A DNA stretch of 64,000 bases, from NCBI GenBank assembly GCA_963708295.1, contig CAVPSJ010000004.1, positions 608,001-672,000 on the forward strand. Reading direction: 5' to 3'. The stretch comes from an uncultured delta proteobacterium. Its GTDB lineage: Bacteria; Desulfobacterota; BSN033; UBA1163. The notes below the pieces were generated by a model. The model did not search any database, was not told the DNA's origin, and was given only the letters and a program-made list of their open reading frames with translations. A program made the position numbers and the translations under genes. Below are positions 51,892-62,720 of this stretch, one piece after another (within the stretch, counting starts at the first letter, position 1; each line of letters starts with the position of its first letter).

Positions 51892-52755
51892 ATGAATCGT
51901 CTTTATTTATTTCTCCTCGCCGGAATCATAGCGGTCTCAACCGCTTCGATTTTTATCAAGCTCTGTGATGCGCCGGTGTTGATCATTGCGACCTACAGGA
52001 TGGTGCTCGCCTCCCTGGTGTTGATGCCTTTTGCTTGTCATCAAGAAACGTGGAGGGGATGGGGGAGAACCGAATGGAAATGGTCTCTTCTCTCCGGGCT
52101 CTTCCTGAGCCTCCACTTTGCCTTCTGGATGGCCTCTTTGAAGTATACTTCGGTAGCCAGCTCCGTAGTCCTGGTAACTACCCATCCCGTCTTTGTCGGC
52201 ATAGGAGCGTGGCTCTTCCTGAAGGAAAGACCCGGGCTGAATTTAATCTTCGGAATCGCTCTCTCCGTTTTGGGGAGCGGATTGATCAGTTACGGGGATA
52301 TGAGCCCTTCGAAAGAGGCTTTGATGGGGGATGGGTTAGCCCTTCTGGGAGCCATCGCTGCATCAGGATACCTGCTTGTGGGAAGAAAAATGAGAAAGGA
52401 TCGGAATCTGATCTCCTACATCTTCCCGGTTTATTCAACGGCCGGATTGATCCTGATTCTCTTCGCCCTTATTTTCCAAAATCCTTTTTTCGGATATTCA
52501 TCGTCTACCTATCTCTATCTCTTTCTCCTCGCCCTCGTCCCTCAATTGATCGGTCACACGACGTTCAATTGGGCCTTGAAATATCTTCCGGCCACCGTGG
52601 TCGCCATTTCCGTTTTAGGTGAGCCCATGGGTTCTACCCTTTTGGCCTACTTTATTCTGGGGGAAGGGCTAACGGTCTGGAAGATCCTCGGGGGGATTTC
52701 AATCTTCGCCGGAATTCTGATGGCGCTTCGGAAAAAGGCTTTAAATTACAAGTAA
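51892..52755 (+). CDS. EamA/DMT family transporter
   Basis: About ten TM segments, SLKYTSVASS, GHTTFNWAL, LGEP. Confidence 0.88.
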   Translation: MNRLYLFLLAGIIAVSTASIFIKLCDAPVLIIATYRMVLASLVLMPFACHQETWRGWGRTEWKWSLLSGLFLSLHFAFWMASLKYTSVASSVVLVTTHPVFVGIGAWLFLKERPGLNLIFGIALSVLGSGLISYGDMSPSKEALMGDGLALLGAIAASGYLLVGRKMRKDRNLISYIFPVYSTAGLILILFALIFQNPFFGYSSSTYLYLFLLALVPQLIGHTTFNWALKYLPATVVAISVLGEPMGSTLLAYFILGEGLTVWKILGGISIFAGILMALRKKALNYK

Positions 52756-52799
52756 ATTTGATAAAATGGTACAATTGTAGAATAGGGTGACTTTAGAAA

Positions 52800-52950
52800 A
52801 GGCTGCTGAAAAAGTCATCTTTCCCAGGTTGCTCAAAAAGGGCCAGATGCAAGGCCCCAGAAATCCTGAGGAGTGAGGCGTACTTGGCTGTACGCTGCAA
52901 CGACGAAGGATGAGGGAAACGCAGCAGATGGCCATTTTTCAGCAACCTGT
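52800..52950. mobile_element. MITE-like repeat family A copy (inverted orientation)
   Basis: AGGTTGCTCAAAAA...TTTTTCAGCAACCT; reverse complement matches 55227-55351. Confidence 0.75.
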
Positions 52951-52993
52951 TATCGGGTAGCGATCAGTTCTTAGGAAGGGAACGGGTCCCGCA

Positions 52994-54379
52994 ATGAAGA
53001 TAACCGTACTTAACGGAAGCCCCAAGGGGGACTCCAGCGTCACCCTGCAGTATGTCCATTTCATGCAGAAGAAGTTTCCTCAACATGAACTGAAGATCGT
53101 CAACATCGCGGCCCAGATTAAAAGGATCGAAAAAGACGAAAAGACATTCCAAGAGGTGATGGACGAAGTAAGGTCTTCAGAAGGCGTGCTCTGGGCTTTC
53201 CCCCTCTATTACCTTCTCGTTTCCTCCCAATATAAGCGGTTTATCGAGCTCCTCTGGGAGAGAGAGGCAGTGGATGCTCTCAAAAACAAGTATACCGCGG
53301 TGTTGTCCACCTCTATTCATTTCTTCGACCACACGGCTCATAATTACATGAATGCAATTTGCGATGATCTTGATATGAAATATTTGGGCTTTTTCTCAGC
53401 CGCTATGTATGATCTCCTGAGTCGAAAGGGGAGAGAAAAATGGACCCTTTTTTGCTCCGAATTCTTCGATGGGATTCAAAAGCGCATCCCCACCTCGAAG
53501 AGATTTCCACCCGTCCTTTATCGGCCCTTCGATTATGTCCAAGGTCCTGTGGAGCAGCCGATCAGCACCCAAGGGAAAAAGGTGTTGATCCTATCCGATC
53601 TGAAAGACCCTCATACCAATTTAGGCAAGATGATCGAGCGATTTAGAAATTCATTCATGGGTGAGGTGCAGGTGACCAATCTCCATCATATCGATATAAA
53701 AGGAGGCTGCCTGGGTTGCCTTCAATGCGGTTATGATTATCAATGTTCCTACGGGAATCAAGATGAATATGTTCCATTCTATAAAGATCAGGTGAAAAAT
53801 GCCGATATCCTTATTTTCGCAGGAACGATCCAGGACAGGTATTTGTCCTCCAGATGGAAAATGTTCTTCGACAGAAGTTTCTTTAATACCCATACGCCGT
53901 CCTTAACGGGGAAGCAAGTCGGATTCATCCTTTCCGGGCCATTGAGACAAATTCCCAACCTCAGACAGATCTTGGAAGCTTATACAGAATGGCAGCAGGC
54001 GAATCTTGTCGATATGATTACAGACGAAGAAGAGGACTCGAAGATATTGGACGGACGGCTCCAGTATTTAGCCGAGCGGAGCATTCGCCTTGCTGAGAAG
54101 AACTATATCAAACCGAAGACTTTTCTCAGTGTCGCCGGAATGAAGATCCTCAGGGACGATATTTGGGGAAAACTCCGGTTTCCTTTTCAGGCAGATCATC
54201 AGTTCTATAAAGAACACCATCTCTATGACTTTCCTCAGCGAGATTACAAGGCCCGTCTCATCAACTCTCTCTTAATCCTTCTCACGAAAATACCCTCGAT
54301 GAGAAAAGAAATCTATCGTAAGAGAATAAAGGAGGAAATGTTAAAACCCTTCCAAAGGGTTTTGGAAAAGGAAGAATAA
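52994..54379 (+). CDS. Tandem flavodoxin-like NAD(P)H-dependent FMN reductase / iron-sulfur flavoprotein
   Basis: LNGSPKG, FPLY, GCLGCLQC...C motif in the second domain. Confidence 0.75.
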   Translation: MKITVLNGSPKGDSSVTLQYVHFMQKKFPQHELKIVNIAAQIKRIEKDEKTFQEVMDEVRSSEGVLWAFPLYYLLVSSQYKRFIELLWEREAVDALKNKYTAVLSTSIHFFDHTAHNYMNAICDDLDMKYLGFFSAAMYDLLSRKGREKWTLFCSEFFDGIQKRIPTSKRFPPVLYRPFDYVQGPVEQPISTQGKKVLILSDLKDPHTNLGKMIERFRNSFMGEVQVTNLHHIDIKGGCLGCLQCGYDYQCSYGNQDEYVPFYKDQVKNADILIFAGTIQDRYLSSRWKMFFDRSFFNTHTPSLTGKQVGFILSGPLRQIPNLRQILEAYTEWQQANLVDMITDEEEDSKILDGRLQYLAERSIRLAEKNYIKPKTFLSVAGMKILRDDIWGKLRFPFQADHQFYKEHHLYDFPQRDYKARLINSLLILLTKIPSMRKEIYRKRIKEEMLKPFQRVLEKEE

Positions 54380-54740
54380 AAATACGGGAAAAATAGCAAA
54401 AGAACTCACTCTTGTCCAAAATAGATTCTCAACGCAGAGCCGCAAAGGACGCAGAGAAACCGATTTTTTATTTGGCGCTGAGAGGCTGCCAAATAAAAAG
54501 CCTTCTGTTACTCTGGGATAAGGTTCTTCGTAGCTTGTATAGCCTCCAAAGAGTCCCGGTTTAATGGTCGAAGTGAAGAAGTTTCTGATCCGATCGTCGT
54601 CTCCCGATGGGATCAGAAGAAAAATATTCCTCAGCGGTCTCTGCGGCTCTGCGGTAAACCTGGTTTTGAAAAAAGCGAATACCAGGCAAAAAGCTCAATG
54701 AAATCAGCTTGCATTTCACCATCAAGGAAGGGAAAAAGCC

Positions 54741-55220
54741 ATGAAATTCGTCGTCCATGAACATCATGCAACACGGCTCCATTACGATTTCCGTCTGGAG
54801 ATCGCCGGAGTCCTCAAATCATGGGCCATTCCGAAAGGCCCTTCCATGAATCCGGCGGATAAGAGGCTTGCTGTCATGGTGGACGATCACCCGCTGGAAT
54901 ACGGCGAGTTTGAAGGAATCATTCCTCAAGGACAATACGGCGCCGGGCCCGTCCTCATCTGGGACTCGGGTGAATTTCAACCGGAGGGAGATTCCGAATC
55001 CGCCCTGAAGAAAGGAAAGCTAAGTTTCACTTTGAAGGGAAAGAAACTGAAGGGCGGCTTCTCTCTCATCCTCATGAAAGGGAGAGGGAGTGGTAAGGAT
55101 TGGCTTCTCATCAAGGGTCAGGACTCCTTCGCCCAAAAGGACTGGGAGATCAAACAAGAACTGACTCTGGGAAAGAAGAAGAAACTCATTGAAAAAGCGC
55201 CACCGTGTGAAACGAGCTAA
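54741..55220 (+). CDS. Stand-alone LigD 3'-phosphoesterase domain protein
   Basis: FVVHEHHATRLHYDFRLE, LKSWAIPKGPS, DHPLEYG.FEG.IP. Confidence 0.9.
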   Translation: MKFVVHEHHATRLHYDFRLEIAGVLKSWAIPKGPSMNPADKRLAVMVDDHPLEYGEFEGIIPQGQYGAGPVLIWDSGEFQPEGDSESALKKGKLSFTLKGKKLKGGFSLILMKGRGSGKDWLLIKGQDSFAQKDWEIKQELTLGKKKKLIEKAPPCETS

Positions 55221-55226
55221 TTCTAC

Positions 55227-55351
55227 CGGGTTGCTGAAAAACGCCCATCTGCGGCGTTTCCTTCATCCTTCGTCGTTGAGGCGTACCTCCAAGTACGCCT
55301 CACTTCTCAGGATTTCAGGGGCCTTCCATCTGGGCATTTTTGAGCAACCCG
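55227..55351. mobile_element. MITE-like repeat family A copy
   Basis: CGGGTTGCTGAAAAA...TTTTTGAGCAACCCG terminal inverted repeats. Confidence 0.75.
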
Positions 55352-55444
55352 GGAAATAGAATGTTTCCAGTTAACTCCTAGATTGCAGATTGAAAGATCT
55401 GGAAACAAATTTGTTTTAGTCATTCGGAATTCGAGATTTCATCC

Positions 55445-56407
55445 TCAGCATTGAAACAAAGGCAATTGCCATTCGGTTCGGTTGCCGGTAGCCATCCTTG
55501 CCCTTCCCGAACTGCAGAGGTCTCCTTTCAGATCCGGGTTCTTACACTGACAGATCGAGGCCGTGATCCCGAACCTTTCTCCAATTTCCTTCATCCTCCC
55601 ATACCCCTTCTCCCGTATGGCTATTGGAAGGAGTTTTGTCCTGGTAGAAGAACCAATCGCTTTCCACTCCCGGGCCTGGAAACAGGACTCTATGATTTTC
55701 CGATGAAGGGGGGAAAGCTCTTCCATCAATTGCCTCTCGATGGCAGGCCGAAGATGGAGGTAGCTAAGGGTCACGCGTTTCACTCCTGCCCCCTGTAGCC
55801 GCCTGAAAAGGGCCGTGGCCTCGATTTCCGTATCCGTAACGAAAGGGATGATGGGATCGACCCTTACCTCCGGAAGAATTCCGATCTCCTTCAACCTTTC
55901 AACATTCCCCAGCCTCTTCTCCGGAGATGGAGTCCCGGGCTCATAGACTTTCCGATATCGCTCCGAGAGAGAAACCAGGCCAATCTGAGTGAAGATTTTT
56001 TCAGGAGAAATTTTCAGGAGATCGAAGAACCGGTGCGGAATGAGCCCTTTCGTTAAGAAGGAGATTCCGATCCCGCGATCGACGAGGGTTCGAATCACCT
56101 CATAAGTAACGTCAAGAATATCGGGATGATGTTGAAAGCAGTCCGATGAGGTGTTCAGGATCACCCATCGGGGAATCGCCTTTTTCCTCAGCAACTCCTC
56201 TTTTAAAAGGCTGGGCAAATTGACATAAAGCTGAACCTCTCCCTTTCGGGGCGCCTGGCTGTATCCTCTGGCATAACAGTAAGTGCACTCAAAGATACAA
56301 CCGTTGGTGATATTGAGGGTGGGAATTCCTTCGAGACAACCGAATTGAGCCGGCGTCAGTACTTTGCCCTTTCTCAGCTTCGGAATAAGTCTTTGATTAT
56401 CCAACAC
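55445..56407 (-). CDS. Radical SAM protein, spore photoproduct lyase (SplB)-like
   Basis: GCIFECTYCYA, SSDCFQ, LTKG, EPGTPSPEKRL, DPIIP. Confidence 0.8.
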   Translation of the reverse strand: MLDNQRLIPKLRKGKVLTPAQFGCLEGIPTLNITNGCIFECTYCYARGYSQAPRKGEVQLYVNLPSLLKEELLRKKAIPRWVILNTSSDCFQHHPDILDVTYEVIRTLVDRGIGISFLTKGLIPHRFFDLLKISPEKIFTQIGLVSLSERYRKVYEPGTPSPEKRLGNVERLKEIGILPEVRVDPIIPFVTDTEIEATALFRRLQGAGVKRVTLSYLHLRPAIERQLMEELSPLHRKIIESCFQAREWKAIGSSTRTKLLPIAIREKGYGRMKEIGERFGITASICQCKNPDLKGDLCSSGRARMATGNRTEWQLPLFQC

Positions 56408-56484
56408 AACCCATTTCGCGCTAATCGTTCGAAGTTGCCAAAGGGGAGGGTGAGAACTCCGATCTCTAAACTCTGAACTCCGAA

Positions 56485-59400
56485 CTAGGTTTTATGCCGC
56501 CACTTCTTTACTCTATCCCGGGCTCCCTCTATGTAAACGTAAATCACAGGAGTGAGATAAAGAGTGATGAGCTGGGAAAAGACAAGGCCACCCACCACAG
56601 CGAGTCCAAGGGGACGCCGTGATTCTGCACCGGTGCCAAATCCGATCGCAATGGGCAGCGTGCCCATGATGGCTGCCATCGTCGTCATCATGATGGGACG
56701 GAACCGGATCAGACATCCTTCAAAGATGGCATCATACGGGTTTTTCCCATGGTTTCTCTGTGCCTCGAGGGCAAAGTCAATCATCATGATGGCATTCTTT
56801 TTAACGATTCCGATCAGCATGATGATTCCTACCATCGAATACAGGTTTAAATCCATGTTGGGGATCTTCAGCGCTTTGAAAATCAGCAGTGTCACTAAGG
56901 CCCCGAACCCGGCAGAAGGAAGACCCGAAAGAATGGTAAGAGGATGGACGAAACTCTCATAGAGAATCCCGAGCACGATGTAAATGACTAAGATCGCCAT
57001 CACCAATAGGAGGCCCATTCCTTTCATGGAGGCCTGAAAGGCTTGGGCCGTTCCCTGGAAGCTCGTGCTGATCGAAGCAGGCATCGTAGCCTTTGCTGCC
57101 TTTTGAACAGCGGCGACGGCATCCCCGAGAGAAACACCCGGCTGAATATTGAAAGAAAGGGTTACCGAGGGAAGCTGACCCAGGTGGTTTATAGAAAGAG
57201 GCCCAAGGCTACGGGTCAGATTCGCCACCGCATTGAGAGGGACCAATTGGCCTGTGGAAGATCGAATGTAAAGCATGGAGAGAGCAGACGGATCTAACTG
57301 ATATCGAGGTTCCAGTTCGATGATGACCTGGTACTGGTTAATAGGAGTGTAAATGGTAGAGATCTGCCTTGCTCCATAGGCGCTGTACAGAGCATCTTCG
57401 ATCTGATTAGCGGTCACGCGAAGAGCCGAGGCCTTATCCCGATCAATGTCGATATTCACCTGAGGGTTCTTGATTTGCAGATCGCTGTTCACATCTTGCA
57501 GCCCTGGTATTCCTCGCATCTTCGCTTCGAGTTGAGGAGCATGTTTAGAAAGTTCCTTGATCTCAGGACTTTGCAGGGTAAATTGGTACTGACCCTTGGT
57601 CAGCTGTCCTCCAATCCGAATGGGAGGAGGGTTTTGAAGGAAAGCCTGGATGCCTGGAATCTTTGCCAGCTTTGGACGTAACTCCTGAATCACCTCATCC
57701 GCGGTCAATTTCCGTTCAGACCGCGGCTTCAACGTAACAAAGATGCGGCCCAGGTTCCCCGTTGCGGATGGGCCTCCTGCTCCCGCCGTGGAAGAAAAGG
57801 AATCGACATTCGGGTCCTGCCGGACAACCTCCATCACAGCAAGCTGATGTTGTTTCATCGATTCGAAAGAGATCCCCTGTGCCGCTTCGGTGAAGCCGAA
57901 GATCTGACCAATGTCTTCACTCGGGAGAAATCCGTAGGAGAAAGTCATGAAAAGAAAGCCCGTGGCAACGAGAATCAGGATGGAGAACACCATCGTCGCC
58001 AGGCGGTGGTTCAAGACAAATTTAAGGCTCGACCGATAGACTTGAAGCATCCCCTCGAAGAAGCGCTCTGAGGTTCTATAGAGACGACTTTGCTTCGTTT
58101 CCCCCTGGTGCCTCAGAAAACGACTGCAGAGCATGGGGGTCAGGCTCAAGGAAACGAAACCGGAAACCAATATCGCCACGCCTATCGTCACGGCAAATTC
58201 ATGAAGCAATCTGCCCACGATCCCGCCCATGAAAAGGACGGGGATAAAGACGGCAACGAGGGAAAGGGTCATCGACAGGATCGTAAAGCCGATCTCTCTC
58301 GATCCATTGAACGCAGCTTGGAGAGGCTTTTCTCCCGTCTCCATGTGCCGGACGATATTTTCCAACATCACGATGGCGTCATCAACCACGAATCCTACGG
58401 AAAGCGTCAAAGCCATCAGGGAGAGATTATCCAGGCTGTATCCCAGGACGTACATGGCCGCGAATGTACCGATGACCGACATGGGAAGGGCCAGGCTTGG
58501 AATGATGGTAGCCGACAAGTTCCGCAGAAAGAGAAAAATCACCAGGACGACCAGGCACATCGTTAGAAGCAAAGTGAACTTAACATCATTGACCGAATCA
58601 CGAATCGAAAGAGACCGGTCATACTGAACGTCCAGATTGATTGAACCAGGCATCTGAGAACGAAACGTGGGCAGCAGCTCCCGGATTGAATCCACCACCT
58701 GAACGGTGTTTGTTCCGGGTTGACGGTAAATGGCCAAACCGATGTTGCGAACATTATTGTACCAGCCTGCGATCTTGTCATTTTCGACGCTGTCGATCAC
58801 TCTTCCCAGGTCGCCGAGCCGCACAGGAGCACCATTCCGGTAGGCCACGATCAGGGGACGGTAAGCCTCTGCATTATTCAGTTTTCCGCTGGCCTCTATG
58901 GTGAAAGCCTGGTGGGCTCCGTACAATATCCCGGTTGGAAGGTTCACATTTCCAGTTACGATCGCATTCGCTGCTTCGTTGATCCCGATAGAGCGTGTAG
59001 CAAGAGCCTTTGGGTCCAGTTGGACGCGAACAGCATATTTCTGAGCCCCAAAGACCTGAACCTGGGCCACGCCGCTCACCATGGAGATTCGTTGAGCCAC
59101 ATAGGTATCCGCATATTCGTGAACAGCTGGGAGAGGAAGGGTGGATGAGCTGAAGGACAGGAAGAGGACGGGGAAGTCCGCCGGGTTGACCTTCTGATAG
59201 GACGGAGGGTTGGGCATATCCGGCGGGAGCTGGCGTGCCGCCTTTCCGATCATCGCCTGGACGTCCTGAGCCGCCGCATCGATATTTCGGCTCAGGTTGA
59301 ATTGCAGCGTGATTCGCGTGTTCCCCTGGGTGTTGGTTGAATTCATCGAGTCCAGCCCCGCAATGGTTGAGAATTGCCGCTCGAGTGGAATCGCCACGGC

Positions 59401-59583
59401 AGAAGCCATTGTTTCCGGACTTGCTCCGGGGAGTTCGGCGATCACGAGAATGGTAGGGAAGTCAACCGTAGGGAGGTCACTGACCGGCAAGAGACGATAT
59501 CCCAGGATACCGAAGAGGAGAATTCCTATCATGACCAGGGTTGTCATGACAGGACGCCGGATAAAAAGTTCTGGGATGTTCAT
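56485..59583 (-). CDS. RND efflux transporter permease (MdtB/MdtC-like)
   Basis: FIRRPVMT, GFVVDDAIVMLENI, GIVKKNAIMMIDFA, RFRPIMMTT. Confidence 0.93.
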   Translation of the reverse strand: MNIPELFIRRPVMTTLVMIGILLFGILGYRLLPVSDLPTVDFPTILVIAELPGASPETMASAVAIPLERQFSTIAGLDSMNSTNTQGNTRITLQFNLSRNIDAAAQDVQAMIGKAARQLPPDMPNPPSYQKVNPADFPVLFLSFSSSTLPLPAVHEYADTYVAQRISMVSGVAQVQVFGAQKYAVRVQLDPKALATRSIGINEAANAIVTGNVNLPTGILYGAHQAFTIEASGKLNNAEAYRPLIVAYRNGAPVRLGDLGRVIDSVENDKIAGWYNNVRNIGLAIYRQPGTNTVQVVDSIRELLPTFRSQMPGSINLDVQYDRSLSIRDSVNDVKFTLLLTMCLVVLVIFLFLRNLSATIIPSLALPMSVIGTFAAMYVLGYSLDNLSLMALTLSVGFVVDDAIVMLENIVRHMETGEKPLQAAFNGSREIGFTILSMTLSLVAVFIPVLFMGGIVGRLLHEFAVTIGVAILVSGFVSLSLTPMLCSRFLRHQGETKQSRLYRTSERFFEGMLQVYRSSLKFVLNHRLATMVFSILILVATGFLFMTFSYGFLPSEDIGQIFGFTEAAQGISFESMKQHQLAVMEVVRQDPNVDSFSSTAGAGGPSATGNLGRIFVTLKPRSERKLTADEVIQELRPKLAKIPGIQAFLQNPPPIRIGGQLTKGQYQFTLQSPEIKELSKHAPQLEAKMRGIPGLQDVNSDLQIKNPQVNIDIDRDKASALRVTANQIEDALYSAYGARQISTIYTPINQYQVIIELEPRYQLDPSALSMLYIRSSTGQLVPLNAVANLTRSLGPLSINHLGQLPSVTLSFNIQPGVSLGDAVAAVQKAAKATMPASISTSFQGTAQAFQASMKGMGLLLVMAILVIYIVLGILYESFVHPLTILSGLPSAGFGALVTLLIFKALKIPNMDLNLYSMVGIIMLIGIVKKNAIMMIDFALEAQRNHGKNPYDAIFEGCLIRFRPIMMTTMAAIMGTLPIAIGFGTGAESRRPLGLAVVGGLVFSQLITLYLTPVIYVYIEGARDRVKKWRHKT

Positions 59584-60719
59584 GGTGTTTTTTTCTGGCT
59601 GGCGTTGGCTGAATCAGGCGTTTTGACTTCAACTCTAGCTCCGGGGTAGAGCCGGACCTGTCCATCGGTCACCACCCTTTCATCCGCCTGAAGTCCCTTT
59701 TGAATAACGGTCTCACCATTGATTGTTCTTCCGGCTACCACCTGGCGGGATTCTACCGTCAAGTCAGGCTTGACGACAAAGACATACTGCCCGTCCTGTC
59801 CGGTCTGGATGGCTTGGGAGGGCACCACGACCACATTCGGTTCTTCTGTGAGGGTGAGAACCAAGTTGACGAATTGTCCTGGCCAGAGTTTTCTCTCACG
59901 ATTGTCAAAAGTTCCTTTGAGCCGTATCATTCCGGTGGAGGTATCCACCGCGTTATCAATAAAGGTAACGGTCCCCTTCTCCGGACGTTCATCACTCTGG
60001 GGAGAAGAGGCTTCGACCTGGAGCTTATTGGAAGCCATTCGTTTTCGGATCTCCGGAAGGAATTGCTCGGGCACAGAGAAGGAAACGTCGATAGGAACGA
60101 TCTGATTGATGACCAGAAGGGTGATATCATCCGCTTTGATAATGTTGCCTTGCTTGACGGAGAGGCTCCCTGTGCGGCCTTCTATGGGTGAGCGAATCGA
60201 GCAGTATTCCAATTGGATCTTCGCATTCTCAACGGCAGCCCGATCCGCAACGACCGTGGCCTCGAGTGCCTCCGCATCCGAATGAATCTTGTCATACTGC
60301 TGCGTCGAGACCACTTTTCTCTGGATTAAGGATTCATACCGCCGTGCATCCTCTGTCGCGTTCCTGGCCCTGGCCTGGTCCCTCTGAAGATTGGCTTCGG
60401 CCTCCTTCAAAGCCGCCTCGTGCGGACGAGGATCAATTGTAAGAAGGAGGTCTCCTTTCTTCACGTCCTGACCCTCTGTAAAATGAACGCGGACTAATTC
60501 TCCGCCGACCTTCGATTTGACCATCACCGAAGAAAAGGCCTGAACATTCCCGATGGCACGAAGCTCCACGGGAACTGTTTTCTTTGTCGCGAGGCCAACG
60601 ACCACAGGTGGGGGCGGAACAGGATTTTTGGCTTTTCCGTTAGAACAGGCTGAAGCAAGAAGGGTGAGAAGCAGCAACCCTGGAATGATCCATGGAATTT
60701 TTGTCCTTTTTCTTCTCAC
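59580..60719 (-). CDS. RND membrane fusion protein (MdtA-like lipoprotein)
   Basis: Lipobox ASAC, EGQDVKKGDLL, IRSPIEGRTG, LWPGQFV. Confidence 0.9.
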   Translation of the reverse strand: MRRKRTKIPWIIPGLLLLTLLASACSNGKAKNPVPPPPVVVGLATKKTVPVELRAIGNVQAFSSVMVKSKVGGELVRVHFTEGQDVKKGDLLLTIDPRPHEAALKEAEANLQRDQARARNATEDARRYESLIQRKVVSTQQYDKIHSDAEALEATVVADRAAVENAKIQLEYCSIRSPIEGRTGSLSVKQGNIIKADDITLLVINQIVPIDVSFSVPEQFLPEIRKRMASNKLQVEASSPQSDERPEKGTVTFIDNAVDTSTGMIRLKGTFDNRERKLWPGQFVNLVLTLTEEPNVVVVPSQAIQTGQDGQYVFVVKPDLTVESRQVVAGRTINGETVIQKGLQADERVVTDGQVRLYPGARVEVKTPDSANASQKKTP

Positions 60720-60868
60720 AACAACAATATTTAAGACTTTATTCCACGTTTGTCAATCGTCCAACACTCCAGAAGGATTAGACAAAATTAAGATTGACAT
60801 TCAATCTTCTTTCAGCGATATTGTGTTGAGTTAAGGCAGACAACCTGTTAGAGGAACCCGGAATAGGA

Positions 60869-62281
60869 ATGAAAGAGGGAGCGCCGAAAAAAATACTGGT
60901 GATTGATGATGAGAAGGATACGGTGGAAATGATCACTGTGCTCCTCAAATTGGAGGGTTTTCAAGTCCTCCCCGCCTTTTCCGGGGATGAGGCGACGAGA
61001 ATTTTGGAGGCGGAGAGTCAGAAGGTTTCGGAATCTGAAACACCCGTCGATCTGATTCTCCTCGATATTTTGCTGGGCGACGCGGATGGGAGGGAGATCT
61101 GCCTCAAGATCAAAGAGGATGAAAGATTGAAATTCATCCCGGTCATCATTCTTACCGTTCGATCAAGCCTTCAGGATAAGATCCACAGCCTCAACCTGGG
61201 AGCGGATGACTACATCACCAAGCCATTTATTAACGAAGAATTGCTGGCGAAGGTGAACGTGATGCTTCGAATCAAGGATCTTCATGATGAACTGAAGAGG
61301 GAGAAGGATAAGAATGTTCTCCTCACACAGGCGTTGGAGAAGCGATATAGTTTCGGAAACATCCTCGGGAAAAACGCCCGGATGCAAGAGGTCTTCGAGT
61401 TGATCTCGGACATTGCCGACACGGATTCCACCGTGCTCATCCAGGGGGAGAGCGGAACGGGAAAAGAATTGATCGCCAGGGCGATTCATTTCAACAGTCA
61501 CCGGAAGAACAAACCTTTCATCATCGCGAATTGCTCGGCCTATTCTCAGAACCTTCTGGAGAGCGAGCTCTTCGGCCACGAGAAAGGGTCTTTCACAGGG
61601 GCCATCCGGCGAAAGGTCGGACGGTTCGAACTGGCCGATGGGGGAACGATCTTCCTCGATGAGATCGGAGAGGTCTCTCCTCCGACCCAGATCCTGCTGC
61701 TTCGGGTCTTGCAAGATCACCGCTTCGAGAGGGTCGGGGGGGAAGAGACCCTCGAGGTGGACACCAGGGTGATTGCTGCGACGAATAAGAATCTGACTGA
61801 GGAGATGAAGAAGGGGACCTTCAGGGAAGACCTTTATTACCGGCTTAATGTCATTCCCATTTTCGTTCCTCCCCTTCGTGAGAGAAAAGATGATATCCCC
61901 CTTCTGGCTTCTTATTTTCTGCAAAAATTCAGCCGCGAGAGGGGAAAAGAAGTCACCGGTTTTTCTCCTGAAGTAATAGAGATTCTCCTCGCTCACTCCT
62001 GGCCTGGAAATGTCCGTGAATTAGAGAATGTCATTGATCATGCGATCATCATTTCGAAACAGGACAAGGTGCTGCCGAGAGACCTTCCGCAATTCTTGTC
62101 TCAGAGACCTTTGCCCGCACAAGAATTCACAACCCTCGAGGATTATGAAAGGGATCTCATTTTGAGAACTTTGCAGGAAACCAATTGGAATAAGTATAAG
62201 GCTTCAAAAAAATTAAATATTAATCGATCCACCCTTTATGGAAAGATCAAACGATATGGGTTGGAAAAAAGACAGAATTAA
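60869..62281 (+). CDS. Sigma54-dependent response regulator (receiver, AAA+, Fis HTH)
   Basis: LLDI receiver, [38 protein letters not shown]. Confidence 0.93.
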   Translation: MKEGAPKKILVIDDEKDTVEMITVLLKLEGFQVLPAFSGDEATRILEAESQKVSESETPVDLILLDILLGDADGREICLKIKEDERLKFIPVIILTVRSSLQDKIHSLNLGADDYITKPFINEELLAKVNVMLRIKDLHDELKREKDKNVLLTQALEKRYSFGNILGKNARMQEVFELISDIADTDSTVLIQGESGTGKELIARAIHFNSHRKNKPFIIANCSAYSQNLLESELFGHEKGSFTGAIRRKVGRFELADGGTIFLDEIGEVSPPTQILLLRVLQDHRFERVGGEETLEVDTRVIAATNKNLTEEMKKGTFREDLYYRLNVIPIFVPPLRERKDDIPLLASYFLQKFSRERGKEVTGFSPEVIEILLAHSWPGNVRELENVIDHAIIISKQDKVLPRDLPQFLSQRPLPAQEFTTLEDYERDLILRTLQETNWNKYKASKKLNINRSTLYGKIKRYGLEKRQN

Positions 62282-62472
62282 TACAAAAACTGTACAGAAA
62301 ATAGACATATTCGTAACTTATTAAAATAATAAGTATTTTTCAATAGAAAAAATCCAAACACTCCAATCTACCGTTTAAATTTATACAATTTTCCCTCCAA
62401 AATCCAATTCCATCCAATCCTTCAATTTCTTAAATGTGGCTAACTGGTTGATTTCATAAATTAATTTTTACT

Positions 62473-62489
62473 TTGGTACAAAAATTGCT
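62473..62489 (+). promoter_or_regulatory. Sigma54 (-24/-12) promoter
   Basis: TTGGTACAAAAATTGCT, GG-N10-GC, after an AT-rich spacer downstream of the activator gene. Confidence 0.75.
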
Positions 62490-62524
62490 CATTCCATAGC
62501 CCATATGAATAAGGGAGGACTGTG

Positions 62525-62668
62525 ATGAAGTGTCATCGATGTGGTGGAACAATGGTTTTTGAAAAATTCTACGGCATTTGCGAAGAATTTTTCGGCTGGA
62601 GGTGCATTTTTTGCGGCGAGATCGTTGATAAAGTGATCATGGAGAATCGGATCGAACAGAAACGGTAG
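62525..62668 (+). CDS. 47-aa zinc-finger-like small protein MKCHRCGGTMVFEKFYGICEEFFGWRCIFCGEIVDKVIMENRIEQKR
   Basis: Manual translation; two CxxC motifs; GGGAGGA RBS. Confidence 0.8.
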   Translation: MKCHRCGGTMVFEKFYGICEEFFGWRCIFCGEIVDKVIMENRIEQKR

Positions 62669-62720
62669 TATTCCCTTCCAAAAGGCTGACTGAGTGAACT
62701 CATCTTGGAAGGGGATCTTT

